Assembly (NCBI GenBank): GCA_963845185.1
Contig: CAWJRG010000010.1
Coordinates: 263,832-327,831 of the forward strand
Direction: 5' to 3'
DNA from: an uncultured bacterium
Lineage (GTDB): Bacteria; Oederibacteriota; PGYV01; CAWJRG01
DNA length: 64,000 nt
Part shown: piece by piece, positions 16,422-25,387 of the stretch
Layout: each line of letters starts with the position of its first letter
Numbering within the stretch: position 1 is the stretch's first letter
Notes under the pieces: generated by a model
The model's database searches: none
Told to the model about the DNA's origin: nothing
The model's input: only the letters and a program-made list of their open reading frames with translations
Translations under genes and position numbers: made by a program

Positions 16422-17324
16422 TTACTTGATTTTATCCACAAACACATCTTCCACATTCGCTGCGATTCTCCGGACACGCGCCCCTCCGGATTTTTTATTC
16501 AGGTCTTCTGCTGCTGCCTCGTCCCTGACCACCACATGGAAACGCTCGCCGAGCTGCTGCCAGTCCTTTACATAGTCCACGGAATTCAGCATGGCCTCTA
16601 CCTCAGCACCTTTTCCTTCCGGGAATATTTCCAGCACCACCCCGTCCAGCGCTTTTTTCATGTTTTTTGGCGTGTCGCTGGAAATTATTTTCCCCTTAAA
16701 CATCAGGCCAATACGCGAGCACTGCTCTGCCTCGTCCATGTACGGCGTACTTACCACTATGGTCACACCCTCGGAGTGTATCTGCTGCAGTATTTCCCAG
16801 AAATCCCTGCGCGACACAGGGTCTACGCCTGTGGTCGGCTCGTCAAGGAAAAGTATTTTCGGCCTGTGTATGAGCGTGCATATTAGGGCGAGTTTCTGTT
16901 TCATGCCGCCTGACAGCTTACCTGCCTGCCTGTCCTTAAAAGGCTCCAGCCTTGTCATGTCAAGCAGCGGCCCTAGGCGCTTATCCAGTGTATCTTTTTC
17001 TATATTATATACATCAGCGAAAAACCTTATATTTTCCTCGACCGTCAGGTCTGTATAAAGGCTGAACTTCTGGCACATGTAACCTATGTGTTCCTTCAGC
17101 CCCTCTGCCCCCTGCGGCAGCTTGAACCCGAGCACCTCCACGCTCCCGGCACCCGGCAGCATAATGCCTGAGAGTATCCGCAATGTTGTTGTCTTCCCTG
17201 CGCCGTCGGGCCCTATGAGCCCGAATATTTCTCCTGCCATTACCTCAAAACTCAGCTTGTCCACTGCAATTATGTCTTTAAACTTTTTAACAAGCTCTTT
17301 TACCTGAATAACTGTTTCAGCCAT
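16422..17324 (-). CDS. ABC transporter ATP-binding protein
   Basis: It has Walker A GPDGAGKTT, the signature LSGGMKQKL, and Walker B LFLDEP. Confidence 0.92.
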   Translation of the reverse strand: MAETVIQVKELVKKFKDIIAVDKLSFEVMAGEIFGLIGPDGAGKTTTLRILSGIMLPGAGSVEVLGFKLPQGAEGLKEHIGYMCQKFSLYTDLTVEENIRFFADVYNIEKDTLDKRLGPLLDMTRLEPFKDRQAGKLSGGMKQKLALICTLIHRPKILFLDEPTTGVDPVSRRDFWEILQQIHSEGVTIVVSTPYMDEAEQCSRIGLMFKGKIISSDTPKNMKKALDGVVLEIFPEGKGAEVEAMLNSVDYVKDWQQLGERFHVVVRDEAAAEDLNKKSGGARVRRIAANVEDVFVDKIK

Positions 17325-17404
17325 AAAACCTCTTTATTAGTTTTTAATTCCGGGGTACAAACTTATAGCCTTTCAACTCGAAACTGGAAACCTGAAACTT
17401 TAAA

Positions 17405-18169
17405 CTATTTCGTTGCTATTTCCACATCCGCTGGTATTCCCGGCTTCAGTATATAATCCGGGTTCGGCACCGTAACCTGTACTTCAAAAACTTCCTTTAT
17501 TCTTTCGTCCTGTGTCTGCACATTTTTCGGCGTGAACTCGGCTTCGCTTGATATGAATGTAATCTTGCCTTCAAACCATTTCTTGGGATACGAGTCAATC
17601 TTTACCTTGGCGGCCTCTCCGTAAGTTATTTTTCCTATGTCAACAAGCGGCAAATAAATGGTCACTTTGGATAACGCGACATCGCCGAGCGTGAAAAGCG
17701 GGGTTCCTGAAGAAACAAGCTCTCCCTCTTCCACGTGCTTTTTCAGTATTACTCCGCTCCATGGAGCAATGACTTTTGCCTCGTTAAGCATGACTTCCGC
17801 CTCTATTAGCTGGTTCTGCGCTGAAATGTAGTTTGTCCTGGCGTTGTCCAGCGACTGCTGCGAAGTGGAAGCCGTCTCAAAGAGGTTTTTTGTCCTGCTG
17901 TAATAGTCCTGCGCCTGCTTGTACATGCTTGCCGCGGCGTCTTTCTGCGCCACTACTATGGACGGGTCAAGCTCGGCAAGCACATCTCCCTTTTTCACCA
18001 TTGAGCCCTCGTCAACGTAGAGCTTTGTGACTCGGCTCGATATGCGCGAAGCCAGGTCTGCTTCTGTGTCTTCCACTGTCCCGGACGCGGTTATCACGTT
18101 CGCTTTCCCGCACCCGCAAATAACCGCTGCTGCCGCTGCAAATATTATTGCAATTGCTGCCTTTTTCAT
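17405..18169 (-). CDS. HlyD-family periplasmic adaptor lipoprotein (YbhG-like)
   Basis: 254 aa with a lipobox (AVICGCG). A biotinyl-lipoyl-like motif (VKKGDVLAELD) and a coiled-coil segment fit the HlyD_D23 pattern. Confidence 0.85.
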   Translation of the reverse strand: MKKAAIAIIFAAAAAVICGCGKANVITASGTVEDTEADLASRISSRVTKLYVDEGSMVKKGDVLAELDPSIVVAQKDAAASMYKQAQDYYSRTKNLFETASTSQQSLDNARTNYISAQNQLIEAEVMLNEAKVIAPWSGVILKKHVEEGELVSSGTPLFTLGDVALSKVTIYLPLVDIGKITYGEAAKVKIDSYPKKWFEGKITFISSEAEFTPKNVQTQDERIKEVFEVQVTVPNPDYILKPGIPADVEIATK

Positions 18170-18191
18170 GTCAACCTCCTGTAATATTTGT

Positions 18192-18827
18192 TTATTTAAT
18201 TACTCCTTCTTTCATCACATCCAGCACAAATTTCTTCCTGTCCTTTACGAATTTATTAAGCGCCATGTCACCAATGCCAAAAAGTTTTGCTTTGTCTCCT
18301 ATAAACGATTTTGCAACATAAACCGGCGCTACCTGGGCTATTAAACTTATAAGCAGGTGAAAAACGTTTATGTTTTTTATTTTTCCGGCTTTCATTTGGC
18401 TTTTAAAATATTTGTAAATCTTTCCGTTCACCGGATTCATGGGTACAATCATAAAATTTTCCTTTGCTATTTTAGCCAGCTTATCTCCGCCTCTTATAAT
18501 TTCATAAAGAAGCAGCTTTACATACAGGCTGTTATCCGTAAATATTTCAATAAAGGCGTCCAGTATCTGGCTCATCTTTTTTTCCGGATCCACAGGTTCG
18601 TCGCTGATGCTGTTTAGCCTCTGCATAAGCCTAAAAAACAGGGTTTTCAGTGTTTCCTCGTATATGTTTTCCTTGTTCCGGAAATAATAGTGAAGCATTG
18701 CCTTGTTGACCTTGGCGCGGTTGGCTATATTTTGTGTGCGCGCCCCGTAAAACCCGTACTCCACAAATTCCTCTATTGCAGCTTTTAGTATCCTGTCTTT
18801 TGTTTCAACTTCGTTCTTTTTTATCAT
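18192..18827 (-). CDS. TetR/AcrR family transcriptional regulator
   Basis: 211 aa with an N-terminal HTH (ILKAAIEEFVEYGFYGARTQNIANRAKVNKAMLHYYF). It is the first long gene of the efflux operon, in an arrangement like E. coli ybiH-ybhGFSR. Confidence 0.9.
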   Translation of the reverse strand: MIKKNEVETKDRILKAAIEEFVEYGFYGARTQNIANRAKVNKAMLHYYFRNKENIYEETLKTLFFRLMQRLNSISDEPVDPEKKMSQILDAFIEIFTDNSLYVKLLLYEIIRGGDKLAKIAKENFMIVPMNPVNGKIYKYFKSQMKAGKIKNINVFHLLISLIAQVAPVYVAKSFIGDKAKLFGIGDMALNKFVKDRKKFVLDVMKEGVIK

Positions 18828-19021
18828 ATTAGCCCTCCTGTTATTTCAGTTTATCCATCGGGCAAGAATAAACGCAACGTAATTCATTATATTTTCCCTT
18901 TTACGGGTTAATCTTTTAATTCCGTACTGTTTTTTCTTATATATCTTTTTTGCTCTATTTTTTTGCTTTCCCATGAAATTTGTCCTTTTCCTCGTTTTTA
19001 GCATATCAACCATAAATAATT

Positions 19022-19046
19022 AACCATTTGGTTTAACCATCTGGTT
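19022..19046. promoter_or_regulatory. two adjacent 12-bp palindromes, candidate TetR operator
   Basis: AACCAttTGGTT lies at 19022..19033 and AACCAtcTGGTT at 19035..19046. Both sit immediately downstream of the predicted -10. Confidence 0.5.
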
Positions 19047-19048
19047 AA

Positions 19049-19077
19049 AAAATACAACATAAGAATGTTTTTGTCAA
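19049..19077 (-). promoter_or_regulatory. sigma70-type promoter of the TetR/efflux operon
   Basis: Minus strand: TTGACA (19077..19072), a 17-nt spacer, then TATTTT (19054..19049). Confidence 0.45.
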
Positions 19078-19198
19078 GTATTTTTTGTTTGATTTATTAT
19101 ATTTTACCGGAGGTTTAACTTAAAAATGAAAGTTGACTTATTGATTTATGTCGATTTAATAATATGGTATTCTAACCCTAATAATAATTTTATATTGT

Positions 19199-20206
19199 CT
19201 ACGGCCCAAATACCTGAATCCTGTTATTTCCGTAATCCGCCACATACACATCTCCGATTCCATCAACCGCGACTCCCATGGGCCATCCAAACTCTCCAAA
19301 TGCGGTTCCGAGAAATCCCCATTGCGTTATATATCCGCCGGTGGAATTGAATTTCTGGATTCTGTCATTGTATTTGTCTGTAACATACACATTGTTGTTT
19401 CCATCTACGGCAATTCCGCAGGGAATGTTAAATTTTCCCTCAGTGTCTCCATGGCTGCCCCATGTCAATATATAATTACCGAATGAATCAAATTTCTGTA
19501 CCCTGTAATTGCCGGAATCCGTAACATATATATTGCCGCTGCTGTCTGCAGCAACTCCCATAGGCGTGTTAAATTGCCCATTGCCACTGCCCTGCGTTCC
19601 CCATTCCGCTGAAATCGCTGCTACCACTCCCGGTGAACTGAATTTTTCTATCCTGTCATTGCCGGCATCAGCGACATATATATTGCCGGCTCCATCCACG
19701 GCTATCCCGTAAGGACTATTAAATTGTCCGATTGCTGGACCGTAGCTTCCCCATTGTGTTACATAACCGCCGCCGGGAGCAAATTCCTGAACCCTGGCGT
19801 TTCCTATATCTGTGACATATATGTTACCGGCACCATCAACGGCAATTCCGACAGGATCATTGAATTGCCCTGCATTTGTTCCAAGAGTTCCCCATTGCGT
19901 TATATATGTGCCCGTACTGCTGAATTCTTCAATTCTATTATTAATAAAATCAGTAACATAAACAATTCCGCCTCCATACACCGCTACCCCATAAGGATAA
20001 ACAAGTTGACCGGAACCGCTTCCCTGGTTTCCAAAAACTGCCAAAGGTGTTCGAGGAGTCGGAACCGCAGTTGGGGTTAATAATGATGAAGAGTCTCCTG
20101 GTGATGGTGATGATGATGAGCTGCTTGTCGGTGAAGTGCCTGAATTTTGCGAACATGCGCAAAGGAATAACAAAGGTATCAATATTATAAGCACTGATTT
20201 TTTCAT
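19199..20206 (-). CDS. NHL-repeat beta-propeller lipoprotein
   Basis: Six repeats of the form GxFNxPxGIAVDxxGNIYVTDxGNxRIQKF. The start is set at MKKSVLIILIPLLFLCAC (lipobox). A Ser/Pro-rich linker follows the lipobox. Confidence 0.88.
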   Translation of the reverse strand: MKKSVLIILIPLLFLCACSQNSGTSPTSSSSSSPSPGDSSSLLTPTAVPTPRTPLAVFGNQGSGSGQLVYPYGVAVYGGGIVYVTDFINNRIEEFSSTGTYITQWGTLGTNAGQFNDPVGIAVDGAGNIYVTDIGNARVQEFAPGGGYVTQWGSYGPAIGQFNSPYGIAVDGAGNIYVADAGNDRIEKFSSPGVVAAISAEWGTQGSGNGQFNTPMGVAADSSGNIYVTDSGNYRVQKFDSFGNYILTWGSHGDTEGKFNIPCGIAVDGNNNVYVTDKYNDRIQKFNSTGGYITQWGFLGTAFGEFGWPMGVAVDGIGDVYVADYGNNRIQVFGP

Positions 20207-20353
20207 TATTCTTTCTCCTTTTTTATTATTTATTTTCACATAATTATACATCATGTATAGTATTTTGTCAAATATCATTACCTTTTTATTTTTCGTAGGT
20301 TGACTTTTACTAAAATTTAAAATAAAATCTTTTTATTACGTTCCAGGAGGCAT

Positions 20354-22372
20354 ATGATATTGACTGATATTTCTTTGGTTAAAAAATACTTAAATAAACT
20401 TCTGCATTTTACTCTTTATACGATTTTTTTTATCGTTCCAATTTCTTTCTGGCTCTCAGCTCATGAAAGTTTCGAAACGCCCAAAAGCATCAATTTTTAT
20501 GTCCTGCTTGTTTTATCCGTAGTTCTGTTTATTATCCAGCAGGCCTTAAACAAAAATTTATGCCTTAAATGGACTACCTTTTCCGTTCCGGTTATTCTAT
20601 TGCTGCTTGTCTTTTTTGCCTCGTTGATGAAAAGCATTGCCATAAACAAATATGCTTTCCCGCTTCACTGGCAGTTTTTTAAGCTTATACTTGGAAATGT
20701 TATACTTTACTTTCTTATTATAAACATCTTTTCAAAAAACGACATTTTAAAATTGATTTTTTTCGTGCTTCTATCCCATTTTGTGGTTGTTGTTTACGGT
20801 GTGCTGCAGTATTTAGGCGTTGATTTTATACACTGGGTTTCTTTCGGCGAAGGGCGGGTTTACTCGACCATGGGCAACCCCGATTATATGGCAACCCAGT
20901 TCAGCGACCTTATCCCGCTGCTCATAATACTCTCGCTTGCCGATATAAGGCGCGTATACAAATTCATTATTTCCCTTTTCCTCGCCATGATGTTTTTCCT
21001 TGTCCTGGTGTCTCACGGCCGTGGCGCCTGGATTGGTTTTCTGGGTTCCCTTTTTTACATGCTTGTCATGTTTGCTATGTTTTACGGTAAAATTTTCTTC
21101 CAAAAATACAGGTTTTTCTTTACGGGCATAATCGCGTTTGTTATCTTCCTGGTATGTATTTTTTCCTTCCCAAACCCTTTGAATAAAAACGCAAATACCG
21201 TTTTTGAAAGGCTGAAAAACGGGTTTAGCCTTACAAGCGATGCCGTAGCCGTGAGGCTTTTATACTATGAATCCGCCTTGCAGATGGTAAAATACAACCC
21301 TTTATTCGGCGTCGGCGTTGGGGGTTTTTCCCTGAACACGGCTTATTACCAGAAAAAAGTTTATGACAGGTGGCTCAGGGTTTATCCGCCGCTTGCGGAC
21401 AAAATCCAGCCCCATGTTGAATTATATACCCACAATGATTTTCTTCAGACAATGTCTGAAATCGGGCTTGTAGGTTTTGGGGTTTTTCTGTGGCTTTTTG
21501 TCTGTTTATTTGTTCTCGCAATTTCAAAATTATCAAAAGAGGAACAACCGCTTTATAAAAACATACTTCTCGGCATAACGGCGTCGGCAATAGCTTTTTT
21601 GTTGAACGGATTGCTTAATTTCCCCTGGCGCGTCGTGCCTACTCTCGTTCTTTTGTGGACAGTATTTGGCTTTTTCTCTCTCGTTGAAAATAAAAAAATA
21701 TTAAGAATCAATTTTAACATCAATATAAAATGGCTCGCTCCGCTGCTCGCGGTCCTGCTTTTGTTCGTTTCGGCGCTGCAGGTAAAAGCTTTATACGCGG
21801 ATATTTGCATCAAATACGGCCAGGCATCTTTTGCCGCAGGCAAATACGAGGAAGCAAGAGTCACCTTTGAAAAAGCCCTTGCCAGTAACCCGCGCGGCAC
21901 CGATATAATCGAACTTGTGCTTTATACCGGTAACGCGTATAACGCCTTAAAAAACATCAACAAAGCTTTGTATTATTATAAGGAAGGGCTTGCTATGTTC
22001 CCCAATTTCATAGAGTCTCATTATAATATAGCCAACGTATACATGAATAACTCCATGACCGACGACGCCATAAGGGAATATAATATTGTGTTGTCCTTAA
22101 ACCCGAAATTCACTGCTGCCATAAACAACCTTGCCAATATCTATTACGCAAAAAAAGATTACGCAAGGGCCCGTGACCTGTACCTGGACTCAATTAAATA
22201 TAACCCGAACGGCGTTGAGTCACTCTACAACCTCGGCGCTGTATATTTCATGTTGAAACAATACCCCCAGGCTGCCCTGGAGTTTCAAAAAGTGCTTGAG
22301 ATAGACCCGAATTATCAGCTTGCAAAAGACTGGCTGCAAAAAATGAAATCATTCGGCCTGGTAAAGCCATAG
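20354..22372 (+). CDS. O-antigen ligase/polymerase-like (Wzy_C) membrane protein with C-terminal TPR domain
   Basis: 672 aa. About 12 TM segments, including the HNDFLQTMSEIGLVG motif typical of Wzy_C, are followed by five or six TPRs. This is the only plus-strand gene in the window. Confidence 0.8.
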   Translation: MILTDISLVKKYLNKLLHFTLYTIFFIVPISFWLSAHESFETPKSINFYVLLVLSVVLFIIQQALNKNLCLKWTTFSVPVILLLLVFFASLMKSIAINKYAFPLHWQFFKLILGNVILYFLIINIFSKNDILKLIFFVLLSHFVVVVYGVLQYLGVDFIHWVSFGEGRVYSTMGNPDYMATQFSDLIPLLIILSLADIRRVYKFIISLFLAMMFFLVLVSHGRGAWIGFLGSLFYMLVMFAMFYGKIFFQKYRFFFTGIIAFVIFLVCIFSFPNPLNKNANTVFERLKNGFSLTSDAVAVRLLYYESALQMVKYNPLFGVGVGGFSLNTAYYQKKVYDRWLRVYPPLADKIQPHVELYTHNDFLQTMSEIGLVGFGVFLWLFVCLFVLAISKLSKEEQPLYKNILLGITASAIAFLLNGLLNFPWRVVPTLVLLWTVFGFFSLVENKKILRINFNINIKWLAPLLAVLLLFVSALQVKALYADICIKYGQASFAAGKYEEARVTFEKALASNPRGTDIIELVLYTGNAYNALKNINKALYYYKEGLAMFPNFIESHYNIANVYMNNSMTDDAIREYNIVLSLNPKFTAAINNLANIYYAKKDYARARDLYLDSIKYNPNGVESLYNLGAVYFMLKQYPQAALEFQKVLEIDPNYQLAKDWLQKMKSFGLVKP

Positions 22373-22378
22373 TCTCTA

Positions 22379-22837
22379 TTATTTTTCATCCATAAATTCC
22401 CTTAATTTTTTCATTATTTTATCGTAATGAGTCCCGTGCCAGAATACTCTGCCGCAGTTTTCACATATATAAAACTCGTTCATTATCGAAAAAACACGTT
22501 CGGGTACTTTTTCCTTTATTGATTCTTTCGGTATTTTTACGAGGGGTTTGTTGCATTCGACACACAGGGTAAAAGCGTTTTTATAATCCAGTTTAAAATC
22601 CTTCACTGCCTTTTTAATCTGCCCGTTCAAATTATTTTCCGTAAGAAAATAGATTCTGGTATCCGGGCTTTTTATTTTGCTGTCTTTTGTTATTATAACT
22701 CTCTGTTCGGAAACGGCCAGGGGTATTAGTTTTTCCCTCTCATTATGCTTTACATATACGGTATCATACCCTGCCACGCGCAGGAACTTTGCCAGCTTTC
22801 CGAACATGTTGTCCAAAATGAATTTCATTTTTCCCAT
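22379..22837 (-). CDS. Mut7-C RNase domain (DUF82, PIN-like plus zinc ribbon) protein
   Basis: 152 aa. It has an N-terminal FILDNMFGKLAKFLRVAGYDT motif and a C-terminal CxxC...CxxC (CVECN...CENCG). Confidence 0.75.
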   Translation of the reverse strand: MGKMKFILDNMFGKLAKFLRVAGYDTVYVKHNEREKLIPLAVSEQRVIITKDSKIKSPDTRIYFLTENNLNGQIKKAVKDFKLDYKNAFTLCVECNKPLVKIPKESIKEKVPERVFSIMNEFYICENCGRVFWHGTHYDKIMKKLREFMDEK

Positions 22838-22909
22838 TTTTAGTCTATATATCCTGTATCCTTATCCCTACCCCCATCTTTTCTTGTTTTTCCCCTCGCC
22901 CCTTATTTA

Positions 22910-24217
22910 TTATCCTCCGTAATTAATAGCCTCTGTTATTATTTCCGAATAAGACGGGTGTATGTGAACAGCGTCTTTTATGTCTTCTGTTTTCATTCTA
23001 TTTTTTACTATTACTGACAGCTCGTTCATAATATCCGCTATTTCCTCGCCTACAGCAGCCGCGCCGAGTATCTGCCCGGTCGTTTTGTCGGCTATGAGCT
23101 TTAAAAACCCGCTGTCTTTGCCTTCCATTACAGCCTTGCCTATTGCCTTGAAAAAGTATTTGTAAATTTTGCAGTCCAAATTTTTTTCTTTGGCTTCTTT
23201 TTCGTTAAGCCCTATGCTCCCGAGCGCCGGGCTTGAAAAAACAAGCTTGGGAATCACTTTGTAATCAATATTGCCCTCTTTGCCTTCGGCTATATGCATG
23301 ATTGCGGTTTCAGCTTCTTTATAAGCTGTGTATGCGAGCATGGGCGTTTCTATGCAGTCGCCCACAGCGTAAATATTCGGTATATTCGTCCGCATATTGT
23401 TGTTTACTTCAATAAACATGTTTTTCTTTAGTTTCACGCCTGCCTTGCCAAGTCCAATGGTTTCGGTGTTTGGCTTCCTGCCTGTTGCCTCAAAAATCAT
23501 ATCGTATTTTTCCATGCTGTCGCCTTCAGGCGTTTTAATTACTGCCGTGTTATCGCCCGTGATTTCTTTTACTTTGCTTTTTTCAAGTAGTTTTATGTTT
23601 TTCTTTTTGAATTCCCTGGACAGCGTCCTCACAGCCTCTTCGTCCTCGCCAAAAAGTATAGTGTCGAGTATTTCAGCTATCGTGACGTCAACGCCCAAAT
23701 TGCTGAGGAAAGATGCGTATTCGCACCCTATAACCCCGCCTCCTATTATAAGGGTTTTTTTCGGTACTTTTTCCAGGTCAAATATTTTTTCCGAGGAAAA
23801 AACTTCCGGCATGTTAAACAGCCTTTTAGACGATGACCCTGAAGCAATAATAAAATATTTTGCCCTGATTGTCCTGTTCCCGGCCATAATCTCGCTGCTT
23901 GATATGAATTTAGCATCTGCGTTTATTATTTCTATTTTATGGGTCTCGAGCCTTGCCTTTAATCCCGCCTGCAAAAATTTTGTTTTTTGCATTACATCAT
24001 TTTTTATTTTAAAATAGTCCTTTGTAAGTAAAGAATAATGCAAAAGGCCTTTTAAGGGTATGCACCCCTCGTTCAGGCAGACGCCGCCGAGTTTACCGGC
24101 ATCCTTTTCAAAAATAGCTATTTTGTATTTATGCTTCACAGCCTCAAGCGCGGCAGTGTAACCTGCCGGCCCTGAACCGATAATTGCTATATCGTAATCT
24201 ACTTCAGGTTGTTTCAT
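22910..24217 (-). CDS. lpd: dihydrolipoyl dehydrogenase-like FAD/NAD disulfide oxidoreductase
   Basis: 435 aa with FAD motif GSGPAGY, redox disulfide GGVCLNEGCIPLK, NAD motif GGGVIGCE, and a C-terminal dimerisation HIHPSYSE motif. It is shorter than classical Lpd. Confidence 0.8.
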   Translation of the reverse strand: MKQPEVDYDIAIIGSGPAGYTAALEAVKHKYKIAIFEKDAGKLGGVCLNEGCIPLKGLLHYSLLTKDYFKIKNDVMQKTKFLQAGLKARLETHKIEIINADAKFISSSEIMAGNRTIRAKYFIIASGSSSKRLFNMPEVFSSEKIFDLEKVPKKTLIIGGGVIGCEYASFLSNLGVDVTIAEILDTILFGEDEEAVRTLSREFKKKNIKLLEKSKVKEITGDNTAVIKTPEGDSMEKYDMIFEATGRKPNTETIGLGKAGVKLKKNMFIEVNNNMRTNIPNIYAVGDCIETPMLAYTAYKEAETAIMHIAEGKEGNIDYKVIPKLVFSSPALGSIGLNEKEAKEKNLDCKIYKYFFKAIGKAVMEGKDSGFLKLIADKTTGQILGAAAVGEEIADIMNELSVIVKNRMKTEDIKDAVHIHPSYSEIITEAINYGG

Positions 24218-25182
24218 TTAAACACGTCCTTTATGTATATTAAATCATCCTGCGTCAGGGGCTTATCCGCGGCAGTTAAGTTTGTTTCCACCTGTTTTTT
24301 GTTCCTGAAGCCCGGTATTACGCATCCCACGGTATCATAACTTAAAACATACTGCAGGGCAACCCTTGACAAATCCTTTATTTCGCTTCCGAACCTTTTT
24401 TTCAGCTTCTCGACTTTTGGTTCTAGCTTTGATATTTCTTCGGTTGTAAAGCGCTGGTCTCCTTTTCTGTGGTCTCCCTCTTCGAATTTCGGCGGATTTT
24501 TTGACGTATATTTCCCGAGAAGCAGCCCCTGCGCAAGAGGGCTGAAGGCAACAAACGACATTTTCCTTTCTTTTAAAAGCTTATTTACCGGCGTGTTTTC
24601 CCTGACAAACTGGTCGTCTGTGATATTTGCCCAGCTTTGCAGCACATCAGGCTTTATGGATGGTGAAAGCTTTAAGAAATCGTTGCTTGAATAGGATGAA
24701 AGCCCGATAAAACGTATTTTGCCCTGCTGTTTCAGCTTGTACATTGCCTCAACCGCGCCGTTTAAATATTCGTCTTTTTCACCGAAATTTCCGTGGTGAA
24801 AATAATAAAGGTCGATAAAATCCCGTTTTAAATTTACAAGCGACTGCTCGCACTGGTGAATTATATGCTGCGGCTCATAGGCATTCAATGCCGTCCCGGG
24901 AAACCAGCCGACTTTTGTTGCTATTATGACTTTTTTATTTTTGTCGCCCAATGCCTTTGCGAGCATGCGCTCTGCCCTGCCGTTGCCGTAAACATCAGCG
25001 TTGTCAAAGTGATTAACGCCTTTTTCAATGCCGTAATTTATGGCGTCAATGGCGTCTTTTTCATCCACGTTTGCCCAGCCATTCGGCTCGCCGTTTACCC
25101 AGTTCAGCCCGCCAAGCGTCCAGCATCCAAGCGAAATCTCCGAGACTTCCAGATCCGTTGTTCCAAGTTTCCTGTATTTCAT
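24214..25182 (-). CDS. aldo/keto reductase
   Basis: 322 aa beginning MKYRKLGTTDLEVSEISLGCW and containing FDNADVYGNGRAE, typical of the AKR family. Confidence 0.9.
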   Translation of the reverse strand: MKYRKLGTTDLEVSEISLGCWTLGGLNWVNGEPNGWANVDEKDAIDAINYGIEKGVNHFDNADVYGNGRAERMLAKALGDKNKKVIIATKVGWFPGTALNAYEPQHIIHQCEQSLVNLKRDFIDLYYFHHGNFGEKDEYLNGAVEAMYKLKQQGKIRFIGLSSYSSNDFLKLSPSIKPDVLQSWANITDDQFVRENTPVNKLLKERKMSFVAFSPLAQGLLLGKYTSKNPPKFEEGDHRKGDQRFTTEEISKLEPKVEKLKKRFGSEIKDLSRVALQYVLSYDTVGCVIPGFRNKKQVETNLTAADKPLTQDDLIYIKDVFK

Positions 25183-25293
25183 ATATCCTGCCTCCTAATT
25201 ATATCGTTTATTTTCCAGCTCTGAGTTTGTAAAGGACAAATGCTGCTTGGATAATGTTTTCCTTGAAACATTATAACATTAAAACCCCTATTA

Positions 25294-25349
25294 TCCCCCT
25301 TTATTAAAGGGGGATGCAATGCACTTCCCTCCCCCTTAACAAGGGGGAG
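25294..25349. terminator. two GC-run hairpins downstream of typA (possible terminator region)
   Basis: TCCCCCTTT-att-AAAGGGGGA lies at 25294..25314 and CTCCCCC-ttaacaa-GGGGGAG at 25329..25349. On the minus strand the distal hairpin (25314..25294) is followed by TAATAGGGGTTTT, which is not a clean U-tract. Confidence 0.35.
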
Positions 25350-25387
25350 TTGGAGAGGGTTTGCCCTTGCTTCCTGCTTACCATAGT

